Assembly (NCBI RefSeq): GCF_006345805.1
Contig: NC_042997.1
Coordinates: forward strand, 163,370,001-163,434,000
Source of the DNA: Octopus sinensis
Taxonomy: Eukaryota
DNA: 64,000 nt
Reading direction: 5' to 3'
Below, piece after piece: positions 35,085 to 48,133 of this stretch. Numbering within the stretch: the stretch's first letter is position 1; every line of letters begins with the position of its first letter. The notes beneath the pieces were generated by a model. That model saw only the letters and a program-made list of their open reading frames with translations, was not told the origin of the DNA and ran no database searches. The position numbers and the translations under genes were made by a program.

Positions 35085-35965
35085 ATTTCAGTACAAGGCC
35101 AGCAAATTTGAGGGAGTGGAAATGTCAATTACATCGACCCCAGTGCTCAACTGGTTATTATTTTATTGATTCCAAAAGAATGAAAGGTAAAGTCAACCCT
35201 TGTGGAATTTAAACTCAATGTGAAGACAGATGAAATGCAGCTAACCATTTTACCTGGCATGTTAACGATTCTACCAGCTTACCACCTTGGAATTTTGTAT
35301 TTTATTCTTTTATTCTTTTACTTGTTTCAGTCATTTGACTGTGGCTTGGTAGAGTACTGCTTTAAAAGGTGTTAGTCAAAGAAATCAACCCCAGGACTTA
35401 TTTTTTGTAACCCTAGTACTTATTCTATTGGTATCTTTTGCTGAACCACTAGGTTACAGGGACATAAACATACTAGCATCGGTTGTCAAGCAATGACCAT
35501 GGGGGACAAATCCATCTGCCAAATCCACTCACAAGGCTTTGGTTGGCCTGAGGCCACAGTAGAAGACACTTGCCCAAGGTGCCATGCAGTGGGACTGAAC
35601 CTGGTACCATGTGGTTGGGAAGCAAGCTTCTTACCACACAGCCACACCTGTGCCTATATTATATCTTATTAATTTATAGCTAGTTTAGATTTGGTTGTTT
35701 AGGAACTTAAATGCATTATTCAAAACAAATTGTCCATTAAACATAGATATATTAGTTTCAAATTTTGACACAACGCCAGCAATTTCTGGGGATGGAGTGA
35801 GTTGATTACATCGACCTCAGTGTTCAAGTGGTACTTATTTTATTGACTCTGAAAGGATGAAAGGCAAAGTTGATCATGGCAGCATTTGAACTCAGAACAT
35901 AAAGTCAGAAGAAAGGCTGCTAATAATTTTGCTGGTATAGTAATGATTCTGCCAACTCACTGCCT
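35085..35965 (-). mobile_element. Degenerate SINE cluster (A 35085-35290, B 35315-35655, A 35755-35965)
   Basis: Consensus matches with many CpG to TpG/CpA changes. Confidence 0.7.
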
Positions 35966-36045
35966 TATTAAATGTAGATATATTGACAGAAAATTGCATA
36001 TTTGTTTGTAGAAGTAACATAATTTCACAACACAGCTCAAATCAT

Positions 36046-36790
36046 CATCATTGTCATCATTGTTTAATGTCTGCTTTCCATACTGGCATGGGTTGGATGG
36101 TTTGACTGAGGACTGGCAAGCCAGGAGGCTGTACCAGGTTCCAATCTGATCTGGCAAGGTTTCTGCATGGGAGCCAGTCAGGCAGCACTGGCATCAACCA
36201 CACTCGTATGTTGCTTTTTATGTGCCCCCAGCATGGGAACCAGTCTGGTGGCACTGGCATTGACCATGCTCAAATGGTGCTTTTTATGTGCCACCAGCAT
36301 GGGAGCCAGTCTGGTGGCACTGGCATTGACCATGCTCAAATGGTGCTTTTTATGTGCCACCAGTATGGGAGCCAGTCTGGTGGCACTGGCATTGACCATG
36401 CTCAAATGGTGCTTTTTATGTGCCACCAGCATGGGAGCCAGTCAGGCAGCACTGGCATCAACCACACTCGTATGTTGCTTTTTATGTGCCACCAGCATGG
36501 GAGCCAGTCTGGTGGCACTGGCATTGACCATGCTCAAATGGTGCTTTTTATGTGCCACCAGCATGGGAGCCAGTCTGGTGGCACCGGCATTGACCATGCT
36601 CAAATGATGCTTTTTATGTGCCACTGGTATGGGTGCCAGTCAGGTGGTACTGGTATCGGCCACGACAATGATTTCACTTGACTCAACAGGTCTTCTCAAG
36701 CACAGCATCTTGTCCAACAACTGAAGGGTACTTATAAATAGGCTGGTTATGTGAAGCTGGGATAGGTCACGGCTACAATCTCACTTTGCT
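36046..36790 (-). mobile_element. RTE 3' UTR with expanded tandem array
   Basis: (CAT)n end and family C sequence. The array is described separately. Confidence 0.8.
36169..36660. repeat. Tandem array of exact 66 nt units, order A-B-B-B-A-B-B-(partial)
   Basis: Unit starts at 36169, 36235, 36301, 36367, 36433, 36499, 36565 and 36631. A has CAACCACACTCGTATGTTG and B has TGACCATGCTCAAATG(G/A)TG. Confidence 0.95.
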
Positions 36791-37133
36791 AAGAAATAGA
36801 TAAAATATAAAGAATCTGAAAGGAAAAAAAAACGAGGTAAAAGTCCATTACATAGCTATATCAAATAAACTTAATTACAAGGCCAGGCACATATATGTCT
36901 CTACAATGCTTGAGATCCACTGTGCCAATCCTTCACTTGTTTATTACTGACTCTCCTGCTTCAATTTCAATGTGAAGGGGTGTAAATTAAGCCCCACCAC
37001 TCTACTTTTTTATTGTATGGATAGAGATGAGGTTTCAAACATACCTTCAAGATAAAAAAAAGCCCTTTTTGAAATTTTGTTGAATATTCTTCTTCTCTAC
37101 CAAACACAAATACATTTATGCATACATACATAC

Positions 37134-37262
37134 CTGCATGCCTGCCTTTTGCTCTTTCTCTGGTTTTGCGGTGAAAGAGCAAAAGAAACTGATGTGGATT
37201 CTCCAAATCCAATCTATCAGTGGCATAGTGAAGATTTGTAAGACATTCTAAAAGTTCTCCAT
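37134..37262 (-). CDS. Candidate internal exon of an unidentified host gene (DGELLECLTNLHYATDRLDLENPHQFLLLFHRKTRERAKGRHA)
   Basis: Acceptor AATTTCAG|AT and donor GCAG|GTATGT. 129 nt, symmetric phase 1-1, globular-protein-like composition, unique sequence. Confidence 0.55.
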
Positions 37263-37744
37263 CTGAAATTCTTATGTGAATAGATGCACACACATGTATG
37301 CTTGCATAAACAGTTTAACCAGTACACAAACTCAATCATATATTTACAAACATTGGGAACCCTTCTTAACTTGTTGTTAAAAGAAGTCTTGTTGTTTTGT
37401 TAGTGACCAGCTTGAACTCTCTCGAGAAGAACTTAGATAAAACTCAAAGAAAAATCACACACACACACACAAAGTTTCTTTCAGTTTTTGTCAATCAAAT
37501 TCACTCACAAGGCTTTGGTTGGCTTAGGGTTATAGTAGAAGACATTTGACCAAAATACCATACCATGGGACTGAACTCAAAACCATATAGTTAGGATGCA
37601 AACTTCTTAATCATGCAGTGATACATGTATGTGGGAAATACTTTACTGTGTTCCAAACACTATCATATTTGTCTAGTAACCATTTATTTTTCTAATTAAA
37701 GTCAGTGAACTCTATTCTTAATTTACTTCAAAGATTTGTTTCGA

Positions 37745-38302
37745 CAACTGGCACCCATGCCAACCTTCCTTCATTGGACACTAAACTCTGCTTGCAAAGA
37801 CCTGTTGGGGCAAGTGAAATCGAAATTGAACCAAATTCGATGACTGGTACCTGTGCCAGTGGAGCGCTAATAGCACCATCCGAGCGGGATCACTGCCAGA
37901 GCAGCTGTCTGGCTCCCATGCCAGTGGCACGTAAAAAGCTCCATTTGAGCATGATCGTTACCAGCGTCACCTTACAGGCACTTGTGCTGGTGGCATGTGA
38001 ACAAAACATTTGAGCAAGGTCGTTGCCAGTGCTGCTGGACTGACTCCTGTGCAGGTGGCACATAAAGAACACCATTTGAGTGTGGCCTTTGCCAGCACTG
38101 CCAGACTGGCCCTTGTGCCAGTGGCACATAAAAGCACCCACTACACTCTCGGAGTGGTTGGTGTTAGGAAGGGCATCCAGCTGTAGAAACTCTGCCAGAT
38201 CATATTGGAGCCTGGTGCAGGCATCTGGTTCGCCAGTCCTCAGTCAAATCGTCCAACCCATGCTAGCATGGAAAGCGGACATTAAATGATGATGATGATG
38301 AT
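37745..38302 (+). mobile_element. RTE 3' UTR with tandem units and (GAT)n tail
   Basis: Repeated GTGGCAC(G/A)TAAAA units, then GGAAAGCGGACATTAAATGATGATGATG. Confidence 0.8.
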
Positions 38303-38679
38303 TTAAATGCTATTAATTTATAGTTTCCTGACTGCATGTTTCACAATTTTCACATCTTTGAACATAAGTTCAATTCCTTAATCATGATTTAATTGTTTGA
38401 AAAGTTAATTTGCTAAATTTTTCAAAAAGTAACACACAAGCCATTAAGCGATAGATCGACAAACTTTAATGTTTCAATTTTGTGAATTTCACTAAAAAAA
38501 TGTCTTAAGATAGATGAGACATTTCTATTTTAATTAATATCAAGAAAATCTGAAATTAAGTCAATAAATTTAAAGAATTAAAAAAATAAAAAGAGATGTA
38601 AAATTAAGAATGAAGAGATTACTACTTGAAAGAAACAAGAACTTTCTTTTCAAATATCACAATAATTGCTTTTATAAAT

Positions 38680-39385
38680 TGTCTGTTATCCTTTACTTGT
38701 TTTAGTCATTGGACTGTGGCCATTCTGGAGCACTGCCTTGAAGGGTTTTTCTTTCAAACAAATCAACCCCAGTTGTCAAGTGATAATGGAAACAACACTA
38801 ACACAAAGATACACACATATACATAAACACACACACACACACAGTGTGGTAAGAAGCTTGCTTCCCAACTACATGATTTTAGGTTTGATCCCACTATGTG
38901 ACATACTTGGGCATGTGTCTTTTACTATACTGTCGGGTTGACAAGCCTTGTCAATGGACTTGGTAGACCAAAACTCAAAGAACCTCATCGTGTGTGTGTG
39001 TGCATGCATCTTTGTGTCTGTGTTTGTCCCCCAACCACTGCTTGACAACCAGTATTGGTGTGTTTATGTCCCTGAACTTAGTGGTTCAGCAAAAGAAATG
39101 ATAGAATAAGTACTAGGCTTAAAAGAATAGATACTGGGGGCAATTCTTTTGACTAAAAATTCTTCAAGGTGGTGCCACAGCATGACTGCAGTGTAATGAC
39201 TGAAACAAGTAAAAGATAAAAGATATGTGTACATCAGCCTTTCTCACAGTTTATGCCTACCAAATTCACTCACAAGGCATTCGTTGGCCCAGGGTTGTAA
39301 TAGAAGACCCTTGCCCAAGGTGCTGCCACATTGTAGGACTGAACCCAAAGCCACATGGTTGCAAAGTGAGCTTCTTATCCACATA
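38680..39385. mobile_element. Family B SINE cluster in mixed orientations
   Basis: 3' module (-), near full copy (+, ~38840-39225) and head (-, ~39230-39385). Confidence 0.7.
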
Positions 39386-39423
39386 ACCATGCATAATTTA
39401 GCAAAAGTAGTTGACATAGAAAC

Positions 39424-39523
39424 CTTCATGAGAAAAGCTGGTGCAGCTTGGTTGCTGGAGATTTGATAGAATTTTTTTCTCTTTTGTCCTTCATAATCCA
39501 TTTCCTTTCCATAGAATGTTTGT
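39424..39523 (-). CDS. Weak candidate exon (QTFYGKEMDYEGQKRKKFYQISSNQAAPAFLMK)
   Basis: Acceptor TGATTTACCAG|A, weak donor AAG|GTTTCT, 100 nt, phase 2-0. Confidence 0.25.
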
Positions 39524-39934
39524 CTGGTAAATCAAGCAGTCAGTCATTCACATTAAAACACTCTTTTATGTAATGAAACATTAAAAAAAAAGCAGAACAA
39601 ATTTTACATATTGTGTCACAAAGGAATTACTTGGTAATAGGCTATGGAAACTTTGGGGGAAAATTAGTAGCTTGCTACAACAATTTTCTTCCTCTTTTCA
39701 TTGCTTCTAAAATAATAAAAATGATAAAAGAATTATGTCTGAATAATAACACAGAACAGTAATCCTTTTTTTAATCAGTAGAATATTAAAAAAGAATTAG
39801 AGAGGAACACTTACAAATGTAAAGTCAGTGGATCTTCCAACAGTTTCAATGATGTGTATTTCTGTTGTTAAATGTCTCGAACTGCTTGCTCATTGTAATA
39901 TTGTGTCTGAGTATTCCATAGCATACATGCATAC

Positions 39935-41305
39935 ATGCTAAGAAGGTTGCTTCTCAACCACATGGTTCCAGGTTCAGTCCCACTGTGTGGCACCTTGGGC
40001 AAATGTCTTTTACTATAGCCTCAGATGGATTTGGCAGATGGAAACTGAAAGAAGCCTGTTGTCATCATCATCATAATCATCATCATCGTTTAACATCCGC
40101 TTTCCATGCTGGCATGGATGGTTTGACTGAGGGGGCTCCAATCTGATCTGGCAAAGTTTCTACGGCTGGATGCCATTCTTAACATCAACCACTCCAAGAG
40201 TATAGTGAGTGCTTTGATGTGCCACCAGTATGAGGGTAGTCAGGCAGTACTGGCAACGGCCATGCTCAAATGGTGCTTTTTACATGACACCGGCACAGAA
40301 ACCAGTCAGGTGATGCTGGCAATGATCATGCTTGAATGACGCTTTTTACATGCCACTGGCATGAGAGCCAGTGAATGGCCCTGGCAATGATCCTGCTTGA
40401 ATGGTGCTTTTAACGTTCCACTAGCATGGGTGCCAATCCGGCAGTACTGTCATCGGCTATGACAACGATTTTACTTGCCTCAACAAGTCTTCACATGTGT
40501 AGCTTATTATCCAATGATTGAAGGTACTCTTAAATGGGCTGGTTATGCAGCACTGGCATAAGCCATGGTTATGGTCTCACTTGGCTTGCTGGGTCTTCTC
40601 AATCACAGCATATCTCCAAAGGTCTCGGTCACTTGTCATTGTTCCATGAGGCCCAACATTCAAAGGTCGTGAATCACTATCTCATCCCAGGTCACCCTGG
40701 GTCTACTTCTTCCACAGGTTCCCTCAACTGCTAGGGTGTGACACTTTGTCACACAGCTGTCCTCATCCATTTGCAACATATGACCATACCAGTGCAGTCA
40801 TCTCTCTTGCACACCAGATCCTCACACAAAGCAAACATTTTAATTTGACCATGTGAATGTAGCACAATATACACTGAATATTCTACCATATTTTTAGCTT
40901 CTCATTCTCAATTTATTCTTTTATTCATGCTAAAATTGTTACAAACACCACCATAAAATCAAGTAAATTGTTGTATAACATGTCCATCTTTGATGAATTA
41001 AAATGAAAGTAATGAAAATATGACAGGCGCAGGAGTGGCTGTGTGGTAAGTTGCTTACCAACCACATGGTTCTGGGCTCAGTCCCACTGTGTGTGTCTGT
41101 GTTTGTCCCCCCAACATCACTTGACAACTGATGTTGGTGTGTTTACATCTCCGTCACTTAGCAGTTTGGCAAGAGAGACCGATAGAATAAGCACTAGGCT
41201 TACAAAGAATAAGTCCTGGGGTCGATTTGCTCGACTAAAGGTGGTACTCCAGCATGGCCGCAGTCAAATGAATGAAACAAATAAAATAAAATAAAAATAA
41301 AAGAA
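39935..41305. mobile_element. Family B head (39935-40060), RTE 3' end (40064-40820, -), internally deleted family B SINE (41022-41305)
   Basis: The RTE piece includes GGTCTACTTCTTCCACAGGTTCCC (reverse complement of the GRGRP motif region) and the family C UTR. Confidence 0.75.
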
Positions 41306-41320
41306 GAGTATTCCTTCTAA

Positions 41321-41620
41321 TCTTTATATATAAAAGTGAAGTTGTGTGTCTGTCTCCTACGATTTAGATTCCTAACTACTCCCACATTTTGCGGTGCAGT
41401 GTAACCAAAAGCGGGTATCTTATAGTCGTGATTCATATCGAGCCCTTCTGGGTGTTAGCGCATGTCTACGATGAGTCTACGATTTAAAAAAAAAAATTAC
41501 CATAATTTTTTCCCATTTTTAATGCAATTTTTTGCTATTATATAAGGGAAGTAACTCTCTAAAAATGCTTATATAGTTTTTTCCCTTACAAACCCGAGCA
41601 ATGCCGGGCGATACTGCTAG
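41321..41620 (+). mobile_element. Non-autonomous Helitron, solo copy
   Basis: A|TCTTTATATATAAAAG ... CCCGAGCAATGCCGGG ... CTAG|T. Inserted between A and T with no TSD. Closest to copy 3 at 20305. Confidence 0.9.
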
Positions 41621-42439
41621 TGTTTTATATGATGAATGCTGTGGAATTAAAGGTTAAGTACTTATTAAGCTAATTTTCCAACCAAGTTTTGTTTCTTATT
41701 TCTCTTTTCATTCCCTTACACTAATAATACTTTCTACTATAGGTACAAGGCCTGAAGTTTTTTGGGGAGGGGGCTTGTCGATTGCATTGACCCCACGACC
41801 CTGATGAGATGAATTGTAAAGATGATCTCAATGGAATTTACTCATATATTAATAATGGCCTCCATACACTCCTGTTCCTTCAACTCCATCCAAATAAATT
41901 TTGACAGTGTAAGGAAGGTAAAGAGAAATAACTTTAGTGTGAATTTCCAGAAACACAGTAATAAAATCTCAACAAGTTCTATCTAGAAATGGATATGTAT
42001 GCTAAAAAAATTGTTTAAATTTCATATAAGAAAAAATTATAAAGAAAATATATTTTATCTTTATTCACTAAGATTTGTAGATGTTTCTTTCATTATATAA
42101 ATATTTTATGTAATTTTTTTTGTATGTTTATATGGAAACCTTATCTTTTAAAATGAAATAGATAGATAACGGAAGTCAAACACACACAAACATACAATAT
42201 ATTGAATACTACTATACAGATCAATAAGTTAGTAGAGCTGACTCAAAGGTTTAGTCATGTCTCTGCTGCATCCGTGTATTAAAATAATATTTTACAACAC
42301 AAAATTCTTTTGGCAATCTAGTGTAATAGCTATTTTAGGTGATTTTTTTTTCTAGTTTTCATTTACTGTACTAGAACACTCATAAAATTACTACTTACCA
42401 TATTTTCTGTATAAGAATATTCATAAGATGGCTATTTAC

Positions 42440-42559
42440 CAATGGCCAGCATAATCTTGCGTTGAGTAATTTCCAATAAAAAAAAAATGCTTTAAGCATT
42501 TTGGCAGTAATATATTTGGTAAGGAACTTGGCTCTCCAAACTGATTTTGTTTGTTCACT
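42440..42559 (-). CDS. Weak candidate exon, 120 nt (two open frames: SEQTKSVW...CWPL or VNKQNQFGEP...YAGH)
   Basis: Pyrimidine tract plus GACCAG| acceptor and TTG|GTAAAT donor. The frame is ambiguous. Confidence 0.3.
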
Positions 42560-43479
42560 CTGGTCATAACATGCAAGTTGGAGGAATAAAAAGTAGAATT
42601 TTATGCAAACTTTATAGCAGTTTACTTTAGTGTTATTACTATTTTATTTTCACTCAAGGATTCCAATATTGGTTCATATATTTGCATAAAATTATAAATT
42701 TTTAGGGAAAGTGTATGGTTAAACTGTGTCATGTTGCCTTACACATATTCAACTGATTTTAGAATAGGAGAGAATATATAGATTATATGTAGGAGTTTGC
42801 ATAAAATCTACATTTACTGACGAGGCAGTTAAAAATAATGACCTAAAGATTTTCTGTCTATCTCCTATATGAAGAACATATATTTAAGAGAAGGCTAATA
42901 TACTTAATTTGATAGGCCACAAAATAAAAATTAATCACTTTAAATTACACTTGCAAAGGAAATAAGTATAATCAGTGTTAATGATAATTCTTCTGAAAAA
43001 CAAGGGAGGTAACTCTGAAATAACAGTTAATTAAAAATTGAATGAAAGCAATCAGTGGACAGAGGGCAGCCTGATCTTTAGTAAATTTAGTGACAAGTCA
43101 AGACATATTTTAGTCTTAGTGACCCTCCTCAGTAAAGTATGGTACAATGTGTACCTGCCACTGATGTTGGCAGCATGATCAATGAATAATTAATGAGTGC
43201 AAATAATCCATGAGGTAAGTTTAAATTACTGAATGGCAAGGAAGCTTCTACAGTGTATCCACTCCAAGAAATCTTATAATCGGGAAGGCCACCAAGTGTT
43301 CAATCACTGCATTACACTTTGAAGATTTAAAGCAGATAAGAAGATAGAAGGATAATTGTCAAAGGAAAACTGCTTTAGAGTCAAACAATGGCTGGACACA
43401 TTGTATAGCATTATAACTTGTGGTGAAGAAAACTGAGAGAGGAGCTTTTATGTGGTCACTAATTCTGCTAGAAATAGCA

Positions 43480-43870
43480 ACAAAAATCTTCTTCAAATCA
43501 CACCACATTATCTTAAAAAAGGTCTTGGTCATATTGAACACTGTGGTCCTAGACGCACTGTATCTGAACACCTTGGCCAAACATCTTGGCTCTGACACGG
43601 TGTTAAACAACAACAACAACAACCTATAGAAATGCTGTTGCTGTTGTTTAACAGCAAATTATCTCTGACTGAGTGAAGCTAAAATCAAAACCATTTCAGT
43701 TGTGACCATCCTGCCTGTTAGTCAGGCACAGTGTACTTCAGATTGCATTATCCAACATGTCCAGCTTCTTCAAACAGTAAGGTGTGGTTTGGGAGTGGGA
43801 TTTGGTTGCTCTGTCTAGCATATTTAACAAACACATAAAAACCTTCCTTGTTAGCTCACCTGTGATGATA
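43480..43870. mobile_element. Two tail-to-tail copies of an unclassified retroposon family ending in (CAA)n
   Basis: TTCAAATCACACC...GTTAAACAACAACAAC. Also seen at ~52950-53195, ~57480-57545 and ~63660-63720. Confidence 0.5.
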
Positions 43871-44689
43871 AAAATAGCCTTAGCAAGTTGTTTGGGTTGA
43901 TGCTGTTATATGAAGATGAATAAAACTTATATAGTCATGATGTGTCATTAATTGAAATGATTTCACTTAATGCTCAGATTTATGACACATGATATTTTAT
44001 TGTTTATCTCTTTCATATCACAATTGGTGAACCAGTGTGCCATTGGGTACAGGCTTTCATCAAGCTAAACTCTGATTCACCATATCTCTTAAAAGCAAGA
44101 GTGACAAGGGAGTGTCTTTAAATCTTTAAATTATAGTAGAGACCACATTTTCATTCTAGATTCTTCACTGATATACACTGGTGAAAGATACATACATACA
44201 TATATGCATAAACACACATATAAACATACTCATGCATGCATATAAGACATATATATGTATATATATGTGTGTGTGTGCATATATATATATATTATATATA
44301 TATATATACACAGCCCCCCACATACACATACACACTTATACATACACATACACAATTATACATACACACACATATATAGATATATCGATGTATTGATTGG
44401 ACTATTGGATTTTTCTATACAACACTGGTCGCGATCATGTCCTGTAAATTCAGTCATTACCTCACAGCATGGGAAGTTCACTGTCATCAATTTACTACAG
44501 AATCTCCATTACTTTCATGTTTTCTTTTTCAATAAAATAGTTTTTAATTATTAATGGTAAGATACTATGGATATAGTTTCATGGTTAACTTTCCTCACGG
44601 TGAATTTTCCTTACAGTGAACTTTCTTCATGGTGAATTGATAGCAGTGAACACTCTTGTGATGAAATGATAATAGTTAACTTATCTGTA

Positions 44690-44915
44690 ATTGGTCACAA
44701 TGCACTGCTTTGCATTGTTATACCTTCTTAGTGTTACTCCACTGGCTGGTTGGGCAAGCCAACATTCCCTCTGAATGGAACACTACTCCGTTGCAGCGGG
44801 CTAGAGCAACATGAAATGAAGTCCTTTGCTCAAGAACACAATGTACTGCCAGCCTGGGAATCAAAAGGATTCTCTTGTGATCGTGAGTGCAACACACTAA
44901 ACACTAGGCCATGTA
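44690..44915 (-). mobile_element. CORE-type SINE
   Basis: GAGCAACATGAAATGAAGTCCTTTGCTCAAGAACACAA (CORE reverse complement) and tRNA-like head CACTAGGCCATG. Confidence 0.6.
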
Positions 44916-45737
44916 CTTTCATGTGTGTATGTGTGTGTGTGTGTGTGCGTGTGTGTGTGTGCATGTGTGTGTGTGTGTGTGTGTGTGTGTGGTGTGCATG
45001 CATATTATATGTCTTGGTTGTGGATTGAGTAGACCATAACTCAAGAAGGTATTCAACACATTTATTAGATGCAGAGTTGATATTTCCTTTATCAATTAGG
45101 TGACACCTTACAATTGTTCAATTGTGTCAATACATTCTTGTGTTTGTCTAAAGATCAGATTCAAACTAGCCTTTGAAGAAATTGAAACAACCGTATAGTG
45201 AGGCATTACATGGTTAGTAAAGTACACACACACACATACATGCACGCATAAGCATAGCTTGCAGAATCATTAGCATGCAGGGTAAAATGCTTAGTGGTAA
45301 TTCACCTGCCGTTATGTTCTGAGTTCAAATTCCGCCGAGGTCAACTTTGCCTTTCATCCTTTCGGGGTCGATTAAATAAGTACCAGTTATGCACTGGAGT
45401 TGATGTAATCGAATTAATCCCTTTGTCTGTCCTTGTTTGTTTCTTCTATGTTTATCCCCCTGTGGGCAATAAAGAAATAAATGTAAGGTACATTTTTTTC
45501 TCTTTCTCTTGCTCATAATTCTTTATCTTATTTTTGATCAAGAGCATTACCCAAAACTTCTGATTCTCTTCTGTTTCATTGTTTGACATATTTATTTTCA
45601 TGGTACACTTCTTTGGTTTTTGTTTTTGCTTCTGTTTTATATGTCCACACTTTTTCAGGCACATGCTTTCACTTGTCTGACTTTGTGTATTATTTGTTTA
45701 TTTGTCTCCTTTTTGCTTCATAAACTTACTGGTGTTA

Positions 45738-46324
45738 TCTCTCTCTATATAAAGCTGAAGTTGTCTGTGTATGGCAGGTTTGGTAGCCTTCAACTAACAC
45801 TATCTCCTCCGAGACCCTGTGGCGCAAGTTGACCAAAATTGAGAGTATGATAGAAGGTTTGCTCTTCCTTCCGTAGAAGAAAAAATTCAAATCGGACTAT
45901 GTGAACACCAAAAATTATTTACATCAAAAAGGTGCTTTTTTTCTAAAAATCCCTATTTTTTACGATTTTTTTATTGCTGTGTCGCCATTTTTTGGTGTAT
46001 TTCAACCAGAAAAATGTTCACTTAACCCTTTTGTTACCAACCCGGCTGAAACCGGCTCTGGCTCTGTAGTACAAATGTCTTCTTTTCAGAATTTTTGAAT
46101 TAAAATCTTCTACCAAACCTTAGTCACAATTTATGTTCCTAATACTAGCTGAATGATAACTAAGTTATTTTACTAAATTCTTAGTTATATTTAAAGTGAT
46201 TGAAAGAAACACAGAGTATCTCAAAATAAATGAAAGCTACATAATGCAAAATTTTTACTTTTAAAAAATTCCAATTCTAAGGATCGAAAACAAAAACCTG
46301 AGCAATGCCGGGCAATACTGCTAG
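45738..46324 (+). mobile_element. Second non-autonomous Helitron family, interrupted at TTAA by a piggyBac-like MITE fragment (46022-46230)
   Basis: A|TCTCTCTCTATATAAAG start and CCTGAGCAATGCCGGGCAATACTGCTAG|T end, shared with the 19.3-20.7 kb family. The interior is different. Confidence 0.75.
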
Positions 46325-46999
46325 TTTATGTAATTTTTATCTACATGATGATTGCCTCATCTTATCAGACAATAGTAATATCAGATTCAGCCTGTAGTGA
46401 GATATCTATATGTCATCAGATTTAAGTGACAAAATATTGTACAACACTTTTGCCATTCTCTTGGTTGCCATAGTAGGTTTAATTAGTTTAAATGTACACA
46501 AATGCATAGAAATAATTTTTAATTTCATTAGACATTCTAAAATACTATTAAATTTCATTCAATTTTAAAAAAGGTAAAATTGGACAGAACTAATGGGATG
46601 ACCTGATATAACCAGAACATAACGGCAGGTGAATTACCACTAAGCATTTTGCCCTGCATGCTAATGATTCTGCCAGCTATGCTTATGCGTGCATGTGTGT
46701 GTGTGTGTGTGTATTATACTAACCATTGAGTAATTATACTAACCATTGAGTAATTCTTCAGTTTAATGTTAAAATATTTTCATTATAATTCAGCATAAAA
46801 ATATATGAGTAAGTGTGTGCGTACATTGTGAATGGAAATGTGTGACACATACACTTCCATTTGAAAGGTATTGACTGACCTAAGGTAATGGTAGAAGATA
46901 TTCACCTAAGTTGTATATTAGGATTGAACTTGCAACTAGTTGGTTGCAATGTAAAATTTCAACCCTACATCTACAGCCATGCCTTCACTTTTTCTTAAG

Positions 47000-47000
47000 G

Positions 47001-47035
<35 letters not shown>

Positions 47036-47175
47036 AATTAGAGATAAAACCACTATTATGCAACTCAAACAGTGATAGACATAAACCAAAACATAAATAA
47101 CAAATAATATATATTTTTTACTAGATCTCAAAAAGTATAAAAATAAATGATCAATATATAATAAGTAAAAAAAAC

Positions 47176-47219
<44 letters not shown>

Positions 47220-47890
47220 ACCTGTGCGTATATAATGTTTAATAACATTTTTGACATATACACACATGCAAACACACACACTTGTGTGAACTTGCCCACT
47301 CTTTCCTCTTCTCCTATAAATCAGAAGTGTCAAACTTGTTTAAGATAAACCATAAGGTATATAAACTTGTATGTATGTAATACTTCAGATGTAACACATA
47401 CACATAGACACGAGAATGTGCAGGCACTGCTGAAGAAACATCTCAGCACATACGTATAACCATGAACATTTAACATACACTCACACACTAACATGTATAT
47501 ATGTACACACACACACATATATGCATGTGTGCACACATGCATATACACAAAGGTGTATCATTAATCATTAGATGCATCTAACCGAATGTATGCTATATTT
47601 TTAACACAACACAGAGAACAAAAACAGAAATACATACACATGCACAACACACTGACACACTCACACGGATAGAACGCATGTATGCGTATCCATACACAAA
47701 TGTACACAAATTCAAACTCACATGAGCACAAAATCACTAACATACACACTCCATTGCACACACACACACTCACACACACATTTGTGTGTACATGCGCATG
47801 CACACATACACACACACACACGAACATGTATACAAATTCATACACAAACTCACATGCAGACACACACACACACACACAAGCGTGAACAAA
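47000..47890. repeat. Low-complexity (TA)n and degenerate (CA)n tract
   Basis: Runs of TATATA and ACACAC. Source of the spurious HT/CV-rich ORFs. Confidence 0.9.
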
Positions 47891-48090
47891 CTCATGAAGA
47901 CAGGAGTATATGATTAGTCATGCAATATGTCTGCCACTAAAACTGTTCCTCTGCTCCTCTAACATCTAACATCTAGTATCATTTTCTGATGGTATTTAAC
48001 CAATCAAACCTCTATCCAGTGACACAAGAAATCTAAATCATCATCATTATCATCATCATCATTTCACGTCCGCCTTCCATGCTGGCATGG

Positions 48091-48133
<43 letters not shown>

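Noticed and set aside
36167-36681. Repetitive ORFs of 146-157 aa
   Set aside because: They arise from the 66 nt period and are open in several frames on both strands.
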